NCBI GenBank assembly: GCA_022009995.1
Contig: CP091734.1
Span: 18,801 to 82,800, forward strand
DNA from: Clostridiales bacterium
GTDB lineage: Bacteria > Bacillota > Clostridia > Christensenellales > CAG-917
Reading direction: 5' to 3'
DNA: 64,000 nt
Under the pieces are notes generated by a model. It worked only from the letters and a program-made list of their open reading frames with translations. It was not told the origin of the DNA and made no database searches. The position numbers and the translations under genes are program-made. Shown here in pieces: positions 9,377 through 21,104 of this stretch. Within the stretch, counting starts at the first letter, position 1. Every line of letters begins with the position of its first letter.

Positions 9377-9456
9377 AACTTCACCTCTCGCCCGCAGTAT
9401 ATGCAAACGAATTCAGATATGTGAATGTGTCAAGGTGACAGTTATTATGGCATATC

Positions 9457-10709
9457 TTAGAAAATTACGTCGTTTTTGTAAATGGGATACTTTTCGGCAA
9501 GAGCGCGGACGCGCGCGTTGACGTCGTCGTATGCCGCCTCGCCCTTTTCAAGTATATCCGCGATACAGTTGCCGACTTCCACCATTTCGTCTTCTTTCAT
9601 TCCTCTGGTCGTAAGGCAAGCCGTGCCGACGCGGATACCGCTTGTTACCGCAGGCTTTGCAGGATCGAAAGGAATCGAGTTTTTGTTGACGGTGATATGT
9701 ACGTTATCGAGCCTTTCGGTAAGTTCTTTGCCCGACACACCCGTCCCAAGAAGGTTCACGAGAATAAGGTGGTTGTCCGTGCCGCCCGAAACCATATTTA
9801 TACCGCGCGCGCGGAAAGTTTCCGCAAGTTTTTTGCAATTCAGTATTATCTGATGCTGATACGCCTTGAACTCCGGCGAAAGCGCTTCCTTGAACGCCAC
9901 TGCTTTGCCGCGATAATATGCATTAACGGGCCGCCTTGCGTGCCGGGGAAAACCGCTTTGTCGATTGTTTTTGCGTATTCTTCCTTGCAAAGGATAATGC
10001 CGCCGCGAGGACCTCTCAGCGTTTTATGCGTCGTGGACGTCACGAAATCTGCAAAAGGCACGGGGCTTGGGTGTTCGCCTGCCGCGACAAGTCCCGCGAT
10101 GTGCGCCATATCCACCATAAGGTATGCGCCGACTTTGTCCGCAATTTCTCTGAAACGCTTGAAGTCGATGATACGGGGATACGCCGACGCGCCCGCAACG
10201 ATAAGTTTCGGTTTGTTTTCAACGGCAAGTATTTCAACCTCGTCGTAATCGATAAGTCCTTCTTCACGGGTAACGCCGTATCCCACGACGTTGAACCATT
10301 TGCCCGAGAAGTTGACTTTGCTTCCGTGCGACAGATGTCCGCCGCCGTCAAGGCTCATGCTTAAAACGGTGTCGCCGGGCTGTAAAACCGCCTCGAACAC
10401 TGCAAAGTTTGCGTTTGCACCCGAATGGGGCTGGACGTTTGCGTGTTCCGCACCGAAAAGTTGTTTTAACCTGTCGCGCGCGATATTTTCGGCGATATCC
10501 ACGAATTGGCAACCGCCATAATAACGGTTTCCGGGATATCCTTCGGCGTACTTATTCGTGAAAAACGTGCCCATTGCCGCCATAACCGCGGGGCTTACGA
10601 TATTTTCGCTTGCGATAAGTTCCAGATTATACTGCTGACGGTCGAATTCTTTCACGAAACTGTCGTAAAGTTCGGGATCGAATTCCTTAATCGTTTTCAA
10701 ATCTACCAT
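9457..10709 (-). CDS. glyA: Serine hydroxymethyltransferase (1 frameshift near 9903)
   Basis: ORFs 9846-10709 and 9457-9990. PLP-lysine motif [15 protein letters not shown]. ~417 aa after correction. Confidence 0.93.
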
Positions 10710-10736
10710 AATTTCTCCTTACGTGCAAAATGCAGG

Positions 10737-11057
10737 TTATTTATTGTTTTCGACAAACATATTTAATTGTTGAAGGTTTTTATATCCGACGTCTTTTGCG
10801 ACTTCCGAGCCGTCCTTAAAAAGGATAAGCGTCGGAATCGACATAATGCCGAAGCGTCTTGCAAGGGCTTCTTCCTCGTCGACGTCGACCTTTAATACGG
10901 TGATATCTTTGTTTTCCCCGACGTACTGTTCGATAACGGGAGCAAGCATTTTGCAAGGACCGCACCAGTTTGCCCAAAAGTCGACAAGGCACAATCCGTC
11001 TTTTTTTACAAGTTCGTCAAAGTCCGCAACGGTTGCGTGAATAATTCTTTCTGACAT
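10737..11057 (-). CDS. trxA: Thioredoxin
   Basis: Intact 106 aa with WCGPC active site (FWANWCGPCKMLAP). Confidence 0.95.
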   Translation of the reverse strand: MSERIIHATVADFDELVKKDGLCLVDFWANWCGPCKMLAPVIEQYVGENKDITVLKVDVDEEEALARRFGIMSIPTLILFKDGSEVAKDVGYKNLQQLNMFVENNK

Positions 11058-11069
11058 AAAACTCTCCTT

Positions 11070-11559
11070 TTAATCGTTGTTAATATTATTATCTGTTTCG
11101 TCGGTTTCAAGACCGTCGTCCTCGATTTCTTCGTCGGACTCCTCGTCTTCGCCGGCTCTTGTGATGATTTTCGTCATTTCGGGCACAAAGCCTTTTTTCT
11201 TTCTCACGACGAATTTATCAAGGATAACCGCAAGTCCGAGCCCCAGAAACAGCGCGACGACGCTTGCGATTATCTGCGCGGTTTCACCCATCGGAATAAA
11301 CGCGAAAACCGCGATTGCGACAAGGATAAGCGGTATGACGTAAACGATGACTGCGGCGGTAAGTACGTACTTGCTGCCCATCGTAACTTCAACTTTATCC
11401 CCTACGCCGACGCCCAAAGTGTTTCAGAATCACTTCGACCGTCTTTCCGCCCTTTGAAACGGCGCACATACGGCACTGATCGCACGCCGACTTTCTGTCA
11501 AAGCTTACGACCACGTTGCCGCCCCGCTTGATTTTCGTTACCGTGCCCGATTCAATCAT
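11070..11559 (-). CDS. RseC/MucC-family (SoxR-reducing system) membrane protein with acidic C-terminal tail (1 frameshift near 11400-11420)
   Basis: N-terminus [32 protein letters not shown] (Cys-rich beta-barrel start), then two TM helices in ORF 11070-11417. The start overlaps the aspS stop. Confidence 0.6.
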
Positions 11560-13357
11560 TTTTCTTCGGGTACGGCAAGACCGAGTTCTTTCAACTGGAC
11601 GTCTTCCACAAAGTCGGGTGCGCCCGTCATAAGGCACGACGCGTTCTGGACTTTCGGGAATGCGATGACGTCTTTTATGTTGTCGTCCCCGGTAAGGAGC
11701 ATCGTCAGCCTGTCAAGACCGAACGCAAGACCGCCGTGAGGAGGCGCGCCGTATTTGAACGCGTCCACGAAATCCGAAACGGTTTTTGATGGTTTCTTCG
11801 CTCATTCCGAGAATTTCAAACATTTTATGCTGCATTTCGGGCGTATGAATACGGATACTGCCGCCGCCTGCTTCCTGTCCGTTGATGACAAGGTCGTATG
11901 CGTTTGCGCGGATACTTGCAAGCACGTCGCGGTCGCGGCTGTCGATTTTGTCCATATCCTGCACGTTTACGCTGGTGAACGGGTGGTGCATCGCGTAAAC
12001 GATTGTCTTCGTCGCTCCATTCAAGCAGCGGGAATTCGGTAATCCACAAAATGTCGTATTCGTTTTTGTCGTAAAGCCCGAGTTTGTCCGCGATATGCGT
12101 GCGGAGCGCGCCCAAACTGTCGTAAACGACCTTGTTTTTATTGTCGGCAACGACAAGGATAAGGTCGCCTTTTTCGGCATGCAAAATATCTTCGATATTT
12201 TTGATTTCATCTTCCGTCAGGAATTTATAGAAAGTCGAGGTCGTGCTGCCGTCGTTTTTCTTTGACGCCCAGGCAAGCCCTTTCGCGCCGTAGTCTTTGA
12301 CGAAATCTGCAAACGCGTCGATTTCTTTCCTTGTGAATTTGTCCGCGCCGCCCTTTACGCAAAGCGCGCGTACGCTGCCTTTTTCAAGGGCTTGTCTGAA
12401 CACGGTGAATTCCGAATTTTTCACGGCGGGCGAAATGTCGTTGAGTTCCAGCCCGTATCTCGTGTCGGGTTTGTCGCTGCCGAAGCGGTTCATCGCTTCC
12501 GTCCAGGTCATGCGTCTGAAAGGCTTTGTGAAGGTGATATTCTTGCATTTTGCAAAGATATCCTTGATCATACCTTCCGCAATTTCCATGACGTCCTCGT
12601 CGTTTTCGACAAAACTCATTTCGATGTCGATCTGCGTGAATTCGGGCTGACGGTTTGCGCGAAGGTCCTCGTCGCGGAAGCACCTTGCAATCTGATAATA
12701 GCGGTCAAATCCCGCAATCATCAGAAGTTGTTTGTAAAGTTGCGGGCTTTGCGGCAAGGCGTAAAACGCGCCGTGTTTAATGCGGCTGGGGACAAGATAA
12801 TCCCTTGCGCCTTCAGGCGTGGATTTTCCGAGGAACGGCGTTTCGATTTCCAGAAAACCGTTTCTTGCAAGGTAGTCGCGCGCCGCCCTTGTGATTTTGT
12901 CGCGCATGATAAGGTTGTTTTGAAGATACGACTTTCTGAGTTCCAGATATCTGTATTTCAAAGCAAGATTTTCGCCGACGGACGCTTTTTCGGAAATGAC
13001 GAAAGGCGGAATTTCGGCTTCCGACAGAATTCTTAAATCCTTCACGTCGATTTCGACGTCGCCGGTGGGCATGTTTTCGTTGATATTCTTCCCTGTACGA
13101 AGTCTTACCGTGCCTTTTGCCGACACGACGTATTCTGCGCGTACGGAGCGCGCTTTATCGGTGAGCGCGGCGTCGACGCCTGCGTCGAAAGCAAGTTGCA
13201 CGATTCCCGTTCTGTCGCGAAGGTCGATGAAAACGAGATTGCCGAGATCGCGCGTTTTTGCGACGAATCCCATGACGACGACTTCACGATTTTCGTCGTT
13301 TTTTCTCAAATTTCCGCACATATCGGTGCGTTTTAATCCGTTAAGTAATTCTGCCAT
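11556..13357 (-). CDS. aspS: Aspartate--tRNA ligase (at least 2 frameshifts)
   Basis: ORFs 11825-13357, 11713-12210 and 11556-11768. Class II motifs [23 protein letters not shown] and [15 protein letters not shown]. ~600 aa. Confidence 0.93.
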
Positions 13358-13360
13358 AAT

Positions 13361-14615
13361 TTATGCCTCGATAAAAAATTTCGTAATTTCGTCGATATTG
13401 ACGGGCGTGCTTTCGCCCGATTCCATATTTTTGACGTTGACGACGCCCTTTTCAAGCTCGTCCGTGCCAAGAATCGCCGTGAATTTCGCGCCGATTTTGC
13501 CTGCGTATTTCATTTGCGCTTTCACGCTTCTTCCCGTGAATTCGGTATCAGCGGATATGCCCGCACTTCTCAGTTTATTCACGATTTTCAGCGCGTCGAA
13601 TTTAAGTTCATCCCCGACGTATCCGATAAAAGCCGTTACGTTATCGCACTTTTTCGGCATTTTGCCGGCGTTTTCAAGGACGAGAATCAGCCTTTCGATG
13701 CCCATGCCGAATCCAACCGACGGACAAGGTTTGCCGCCGACTTCTTCCACAAGATTGTCGTATCGTCCGCCGCCGCATACGGTGCCCTGCGCGCCGATAT
13801 CGTTTGACACGAACTCAAACCGTGCGGGTGTAATAGTCGAGCCCGCGGACAATGCGCGGATTCACGACGTAAGGAATTTCCAGCGTTTCAAGACCTTTTT
13901 TCAGGTCGTCCATATGCTTTTTGCAGTCGTCGCAAAGATAATCGAGGATAACGGGTGCGTCCGCGTTGATTTTCTTGCATTTTTCTTCCTTGCAGTCGAG
14001 AATACGCAGAGGGTTTTTGTCCAGCCTTTCCCTGCACGTTTCGCACATATCGTCGATATGGTCTTTGTAATATTCTTTCAGCGCTTTGTTGTATTCCTTT
14101 CTGCACGTCGGACAGCCTATGCTGTTGATATTGAGCGTAAGGTTGTCAAGCCCGAGCCTTACGAACAGCGATTTTGCAATCGAAATCGCCTCGACGTCCA
14201 TTTCCGCGCCGTAACTGCCGTAAAGCTCCACGCCGAACTGGTGATGTTCGCGAAGTCTGCCCGCCTGCGGGCGTTCGTATCTGAAAACGGGCGTGATGTA
14301 ATAAGTCTTCACGGGAAGCGGCCCCGCGTACAGACTGTTTTCGACAAAACATCTCGCAACGCCCGCCGTGCCTTCCGGTTTCAGCGTGATCGAGCGGTTG
14401 CCTTTGTCGAAAAAGGTGTACATTTCCTTATTGACGATGTCCGTCGTATCGCCCACGCCGCGCAGGAACAATTCGGTATGTTCAAAAGTCGGCGTGCGGA
14501 TTTCTTTGACGTCGAAAAGGCGCGTCGTTTCACGGACGGCGTCTTCGATATAATGCCATTTGTAACTGTCCTCGGGGAGGACGTCTTTCGTACCCTTCGG
14601 GATATTGAAACTCAT
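13361..14615 (-). CDS. hisS: Histidine--tRNA ligase (1 frameshift near 13815-13852)
   Basis: PKGTKDVLPEDS, VFRYERPQAGRLREHHQFGVE, GGGRYDNLV. ~418 aa. Confidence 0.93.
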
Positions 14616-14623
14616 ATTGCCTC

Positions 14624-15937
14624 TTAAATGATATAACGTCTTAAATTCATCGTTTTGAGCGTTCCCGCAAGATGTTCGTCGACGTATTCCTGATTTATCG
14701 TTATCGTGACGGGTTCGGTATTTCCGCCCGCGTTGAAACTCACTTCTTCGAGCAGCGCCTCCATTACGGCGTGCAATCTTCTTGCGCCGAGGTTTTCGCT
14801 GTTTTCGTTTTCCATTGTCGCGATTTTCGCAATCTCCTTGATGGCGTCGTCGGTGAATTTAAGTTCCACCCCGTCGACGTTCAGAAGTTCCTTGTATTGT
14901 TTCAGAATCGCGTTGTCGGTTTGCGTAAGGATAAGTTCGAAATCCTTTTCGGTAAGGTTGTCAAGTTCCACCTTAATCGGGAAACGTCCTTGCAGTTCGG
15001 GGATTAAATCCTGCACCTTGCTGATATGGAACGCGCCCGCCGCGATGAACAAAATAAAGTCGGTGCGAATGACGCCGTATTTCGTCTGTACCGCGCACCC
15101 TTCGACGATGGGCAGAATGTCGCGCTGTACGCCTTCCCTCGACACGTCGGGCCCCTGCGAATTACCGCGCGCCGCAACCTTATCGATTTCATCGATAAAT
15201 CACGCCGTCTTGTTCCGCGCGCCTTAACGCCTCGGTTGCGATGCTGTCGTTGTCGACAAGTTTCGCGCTCTCTTCCGCGGTGAAAATATCCCTTGCCTGT
15301 TTCACCGTAACGGTGCGGGTTTTCTTTTTCTTGGGCATAAAGTTGCCGAAAATCGAGCCGATATTGATTTCCTGTCCCTGACCGACGTCGATCTGCATAT
15401 TTTTGGGTTCGTCCACTGCCTCGACGGAGATTTGCAGTTTGTCGAGATTGCCTTTTCTGAGTTCCTGCAAAACTTCTTCTTTCAGCGCGATATCGGGCTC
15501 GTCGCGTCCCGCCTGCTTTCTTAAAGGCAGAATAAGGTTGACGAGTTTGGTTTCGACGGTGTCCTGAACTTTGGGTTGAACCTCTTTGTACTTTTCTTCC
15601 CTGACAAGTCTTACCGCGGCTTCCACAAGGTCGCGCACGATGCTTTCGACGTCGCGCCCGACGTAGCCTACTTCCGTAAACTTCGTCGCTTCAACCTTGA
15701 CGAAAGGCGCTTTCACGAGTTTGCAAGACGTCTTGCGATTTCCGTCTTGCCCACGCCCGTGGGACCTTTCATAATAATGTTTTTCGGTGTGATTTCTTCC
15801 CTTAATTCTTCGGGAAGCATACTTCTTCTGTAACGATTGCGAAGAGCGATTGCAACCGCTTTTTTCGCCTCGTCCTGACCGATGATGAAACGGTCGAGTT
15901 CATTCACGATTTGCTTTGGGGTAAATTCCATAATCAC
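14624..15937 (-). CDS. hslU: ATP-dependent protease ATPase subunit HslU (2 frameshifts)
   Basis: Three fragments: 15713-15937, 15189-15716 and 14624-15145. Walker [16 protein letters not shown] and C-terminus [13 protein letters not shown]. The start overlaps the hslV stop. Confidence 0.92.
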
Positions 15938-16473
15938 GCCTCCAAAACTTCAACCGTAAGACGGTCGTTGGTGTAAACGCAAAGATCGCTTGCGATTTTC
16001 ATTGCGCGACGTACGATTTCTTCCGCGCCCAGCGTGGTGTTTTCGTACAAAGCGCGCGCCGCGGCGTAAGCGTAGTTGCCGCCGCTGCCTATCGCGCAGA
16101 CGCCGTATTCGGGCTCGATAACTTCGCCGGTGCCGCTGACGATAAGCATCACGTCTTTGTCCGCGATAATCATCATCGCTTCCAGTTTCCTTGCCTTGTC
16201 GTTGCGCCAGAGTTCCGCAAGTTCGACGGCGGAACGCATGAGATTTCCGCTGTATTTTTGCAGCATTTCTTCAAATTTTTCGCTGAGCGCGAAGGCGTCG
16301 CTGACAGTCCCCGCGAAGCCCAGTACGACTTTATCGTTGTATATTCTTTTCACCTTTACGGCGTTTCCTTTGAAAACGACGCTCTCGCCCATGGTAACCT
16401 GTCCGTCGCCGGCGATTGCGGTCACGCCGTCTCTTTTGACGGCGCATATTGTTGTGCCTTTGAATGTAGTCAT
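15934..16473 (-). CDS. hslV: ATP-dependent protease subunit HslV
   Basis: Intact 179 aa. N-terminal catalytic Thr context [16 protein letters not shown]. Confidence 0.95.
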   Translation of the reverse strand: MTTFKGTTICAVKRDGVTAIAGDGQVTMGESVVFKGNAVKVKRIYNDKVVLGFAGTVSDAFALSEKFEEMLQKYSGNLMRSAVELAELWRNDKARKLEAMMIIADKDVMLIVSGTGEVIEPEYGVCAIGSGGNYAYAAARALYENTTLGAEEIVRRAMKIASDLCVYTNDRLTVEVLEA

Positions 16474-16541
16474 AGTTTCTCCTTGTTAAGGGCTTTTTGT
16501 TACCGTAAAATATATCATATTTTATCGGTAAAATCAATAGG

Positions 16542-17843
16542 TTATCGCAAAATAGTTTCGATCCACGTTTTCATATCTTCTTCGGCACGCGCGACGTAGG
16601 CTTTCCGACGTTCTTTTTTGTCACGGCACTCGATCGCAGGCAGTATGCCGAAGTTACTGTTCATTGGCTGGAAATTTTTTGCGTGCAACGTGATATATCT
16701 CGACAGCGCGCCCGACATCGTGGTTTTGGGCGGCTCGACGGCGTCTTTCCCTTCAAGTTCCCTTGAAAGATGAACCGCGGCAAGAAGTCCGCTCATTATG
16801 CTTTCGACGTATCCCTCGACGCCGGTGATTTGTCCCGCAAAATATATGGGCGCGTCGCCTTTGAGCCTGAACGTCCTTGTCAGACAATCGGGCGAATACA
16901 GATAACTGTTCCTGTGCATTACGCCGTATCTTAAACTCCGCGCGGTGCAAAGCGGGTATCATCGAGAATATTCTTTTTTGTTCGGGAAATTTCAGATTTG
17001 TCTGGAATCCGACAAGGTTGTACGCCGCGCCGTCTTCCGTTTCCTTGCGAAGTTGCAGGACGGCGTAAGGACGTTTGCCCGTTTTCGGGTCGGTAAGTCC
17101 GACGGGTTTCAGCATGCCGAAACGCATCGTGTCATATCCCCTTTCGCCATAACTTCGACGGGCATGCACCCTTCAAAAACCTCGCTTCCTTCAAAGTCTT
17201 TAAGCGGCACGGTTTCGCCGGAAATCAACGCGTTGTAAAAGGCGTCGTACTCTTCCTTGTTCATCGGGCAGTTTATATATCCGTCGCCCTTGCCGTACCG
17301 ACCGCTTTCGAATGCGAAGTCGTAATCGATCGACTGCGCGTCGACAATGGGCGCGACCGCGTCGAAAAAGAAAAGCCTGTCGCCCGTCTTTTTTGAGATA
17401 TCTTCAAACAGTTTGTCGGAAGTAAGCGGACCCGACGCCACGATAACGGGAACGCCGTCCGGGATACTTTCGACTTCTTCTCTTATCACCGTAAGCCCGT
17501 CGAATTCCAAAAGCCTTCTTTCCACTTCTTTGGAAAACGCCGCGCGGTCGACGGCAAGCGCGCCGCCCGCCTCGACGCGGGTTTTATAGGCGCAGTCGAT
17601 AAGCAGACTGTCCATTTCTTTGAGTTCGGATTTAAGCAGTCCCGACGACGTGTCGGGAACGTCCGATTTCAGACTGTTGCTGCACACGAGTTCCGCAAAA
17701 TCGGCGGTTCTGTGAGCGGGAGAAGACCTTAAAGGTCGCATTTCGTACAAATCGACCTTATAATTTCTCTTTAATAATTGATACGAGGCTTCGCATCCGG
17801 CAAGCCCCGCACCTATGATAATTACTTTTTTATTGTTCGCCAC
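16542..17843 (-). CDS. trmFO: Methylenetetrahydrofolate--tRNA-(uracil-5-)-methyltransferase TrmFO (2 frameshifts)
   Basis: Fragments 17109-17843, 16753-17169 and 16542-16919. FAD fold [17 protein letters not shown]. ~433 aa. Confidence 0.9.
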
Positions 17844-20007
17844 CGTCTTTGAAAACCTCGGTATGATTGCAGTCTTTATTCGTGCAGGTGTACTTCCTGC
17901 CCGACTTGGTTTTTGTCATTTTCATCACGCTTTCAATGCCCTTTTCTTTGCACTCGGGACAGAAATACGGAGCGGGCAAATCCCAACTTACGAAGTCGCA
18001 TTCGGGGTAACCGGAGCAGCCGTAGAAAGTCTTTCCCTTCTTGCTCTTTTTCTTTACGACGGGTTTCCCGCACTTCGGACACACCGCTTCCTGCTCAATC
18101 GAAGGCGCGGCGCCGGGCTCCGAGTAAGGCTTGGTATTCTTGCAGGCGGGATAGTTCGGACACGCCAGAAATTTTCCGTTTTTGCCGTCTCTTACGACCA
18201 TTCTCGCGCCGCATTTTTCGCAAATTACGTCGCTTTCTTCCGACGCGATATGCACCTTTCCGCCGCTTGAATTAGCGCGTTTTACAAGCGTCATTAGTTC
18301 GGGATAAAACTTTTCGATAATGGCTTGCCACTCGACGCCGCCTTCTTCGACCTTATCGAGTTCGCTTTCCATATTCGCCGTGAATTTCAAATCCATAATC
18401 GGCGGGAAATTTTTGACCATAAAATCGCAGACCGCTTCCCCGAGGGGCGTGGGGACGATTGCCTTTCCGTCCTTTTCGGTGTACGTGCGTTTTGCGATGA
18501 CGGAGATTATCGAGGCGTACGTCGACGGACGTCCGATGCCGTTTTCTTCCATCGTTTTGACAAGCGTCGCGTCGGTGTAACGCTGGGGCGGCTTGGTGAA
18601 TTTTTGCTCGTGCTTGGTGTCTTGCAGATACATCACGTCGCCTTCTTGCATATCGGGCAGCGTCTTTTCGGTCGCGTCGTCGTCATCGTCGTTCTTGTCT
18701 TCCAGCGGCACGTTGTTGTAAATCTTCGTGAAACCGTCGAAAACAAGCGCGCGCCCCGTCACCTTGTAGCCGAGTTTCGCGCCGTTAAGCACGGGATTGT
18801 CGTCGGCGATGATATGGACGTTGAGCGTGTTGTACACCGCATCAACCATCTGGCTTGCCAGAAATCTTTCGTATATGAGTTTGTACAATCTGTATTGATT
18901 GCGGTTGATTTGTTTTGCAGACTTTCGGGCGTGCGGTCGAGCGATATAGGACGGATTGCCTCGTGCGCGTCCTGCGCGTCCGATTTCGTCTTATAAAAAT
19001 TCGGTTTTTCGGGCGCGTATTTTTCGCCGTAATGGGTTTTGATGTAATTTATTGCGCTTGCCTGCATTTCGGGCGAAATACGCACGCTGTCGGTACGAAT
19101 GTACGTTACGAGAGCGGTTGCGCCTTCCCCTGCGATTTCGACGCCTTCGTAAAGTTGCTGCGCGATCTGCATCGTCTGCGGCGCGGTGAGCGACAGTTTT
19201 GCGGAAGCGTCCTGTTGCAGTGTGGACGTCGTAAACGGGGGTGCCGGGCGGTTTCGCAACGGCTCGCTTTGCGCTGTCAACGGTGAATTTTGCGCCTTTC
19301 GTGGCGTTGATTATCTTTTCGGCGTCGTGTTGGTTATGAATTTTCCACTTTTTGCCGTTTATATCGACGAAAGTGCATTTGAACACGTCTTTTTTGGATT
19401 TCGGATTTTGCTCCTTCGACAAAAAGGCGTTTATCGTCCAGTATTCTTCGGGTACGAAGTTTCTTATTTCTCTTTCGCGGTTGACAACCATTTCGAGCGC
19501 GGCAGACTGCACGCGTCCGGCGGAACTGCCCTTTTTAATGCGCTTTCCGAGAATCGGCGAGATTTTGTAACCGACAAGCCTGTCAAGAACGCGCCTTGCC
19601 TGCTGACTGTTGACCAGGTTCATATCGAGTTCTCTGGGGTTTTCGATTGCGTTATTGACCGCTTTTTTGCTGATTTCGTTGAAAACGATGCGGTTTTTGC
19701 CGTCGGGGATTTCCAGACAGTTTTTAAGGTGCCAACTTATCGCTTCTCCTTCGCGGTCCGGGTCGGTTGCGAGATACACGACGTCGTTTTGTTTGAGCGC
19801 GGATTTAAGTCTTCTGATGGTTTCTTTCTTTTCGGGGTTGATTTCGTATTCGGGCTCGAATCCGTGTTCGACGTCGATGCCCAACGTTTTTTGCGGAAGG
19901 TCGCAGACGTGACCGCCCGATGCGAGTACCGTGTACCCTTGTCCCAAATATTTTTGGATTGTTTTCGCCTTTGACGGCGATTCGACTATAACAAGTGATT
20001 TCGTCAT
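17830..20007 (-). CDS. topA: DNA topoisomerase I (2 frameshifts)
   Basis: Fragments 18991-20007, 18759-19280 and 17830-18888. TOPRIM LVIVESPSKAKTIQKYLG. C-terminal zinc ribbons CEKCGARMVVRDGKNGKFLACPNYPAC. ~725 aa. Confidence 0.94.
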
Positions 20008-20064
20008 TATGTCTCCGTTATTTCAAGGTAAAATAATTACCGGAAGTTCTGTCGATAAGGTCGT

Positions 20065-21104
20065 TCATTTCCATATTGAAAACGACGTTTTGAAGGTCGT
20101 TGGCGTTAAGCCCCGTTTCTCCATAAGTTCTTCGAAATGAGTTTCGCCCTGTTCCAGAATTTCAAGGATCTGCATTTCGTAAAACCCGAGTTGCACGCTT
20201 TCTTTCTGCTTTTTGTCGGCCTTGACGCCCATTGCTTCAAGGACGTCTTCGGGCGAGAGAACGAGCGCGCCCTGCATTTGTTTCAGCAGGAGATTGCTGC
20301 CTTCGGCGGTGGGTTGATTTATGTTTGCGGGAACGACGAACACGTCTTTGCCCTGTTCCAGCGCGTGGTTTACCGTAATCATCGTGCCGCTTTTAATACG
20401 CATTTCCGGCACGAACACTGCGTCCGCAAGCCCGCTTATTATGCGGTTTCTTTCGGGGAAGTTATACTGCGCGGCGTACGTCCCAAGACGATATTCGCTG
20501 ACAAACAAACCGTCTTCGTCAAGTATCCTTTCCATAAGAGCGCGGTTTTCGGCGGGATAACATACGTCAAGCCCCGATGCAACGACGGCAATCGTGCCGC
20601 CCTTTACGTCCAGCGCCGCTTTGTGCGCCGCGGTATCGACGCCCCTTGCGAATCCGCTTATCACGTTAAGCCCCGCCCGCGCGAATTCCGTCGCAAAATC
20701 ACGGGTTACGTTCAGCCCGTACCTGCTTGCGCCGCGCGTTCCGACAACGGCTACGCCGCGATTTCCGAAAAGATATTCATTGCCCTTAAAATACAAAGCA
20801 GCGGATATTCGTCGATGTTTCTTAACGAGTCCGGGTAACTCTCGTCAAACACGGACGTAACTTTTACGTCGTGTTTTTGCAGGTCGTCCCACTCCTTTTC
20901 AAGGGTTTCTTCGGTTTTGAGGTTTTCAAGTTTCCCAAAAACTTCCGTCCCCAGTATTTTCAAAAGCGCGGGCTTATATCTGTCGAAGTCGGTCAGAAGG
21001 TCTTTCGGCTCGGCAATGCTCAGAAGTTTATGCTTCCTTTTCAGCCCCAGACCTTCGACGGCGTTCAGTATAAGCAGCGCGTCGACGTTACTGTATTCAA
21101 TCAT
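20065..21104 (-). CDS. dprA: DNA-processing protein DprA (1 frameshift near 20751-20800)
   Basis: Rossmann core VAVVGTRGASRYG...VISGFARGVDTAAH. N-terminal SAM-like part starts at [14 protein letters not shown]. ~346 aa. Confidence 0.9.

Noticed and set aside
9249-9521. 90-aa plus-strand ORF between rpmB and glyA
   Set aside because: It runs antisense to the better-supported SpoVM-like sORF and into the glyA 3' end. It has no RBS.
13358-14623. T-box leaders expected upstream of aminoacyl-tRNA synthetase genes (hisS/aspS, and tyrS at 47840)
   Set aside because: The intergenic gaps are only 3-8 nt (hslU-hisS, hisS-aspS, aminotransferase-tyrS), leaving no room for a ~200-nt T-box. These genes appear to be co-transcribed with their upstream neighbours.
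12996-14627. 543-aa plus-strand ORF, the largest of several long antisense ORFs (also 7105-8223, 28357-29394, 35582-36475, 37373-38380, 42499-43404, 49241-50233 minus, 50246-51103 minus)
   Set aside because: Each lies exactly antisense to a gene with unmistakable conserved motifs (aspS/hisS, yloV, rsmB, yicC, ligA, the HAD hydrolase, NifU-like/GGGtGRT). Their translations are low-complexity Ser/Phe/Arg-rich strings with no RBS. These are typical shadow ORFs of a moderately GC-rich genome.
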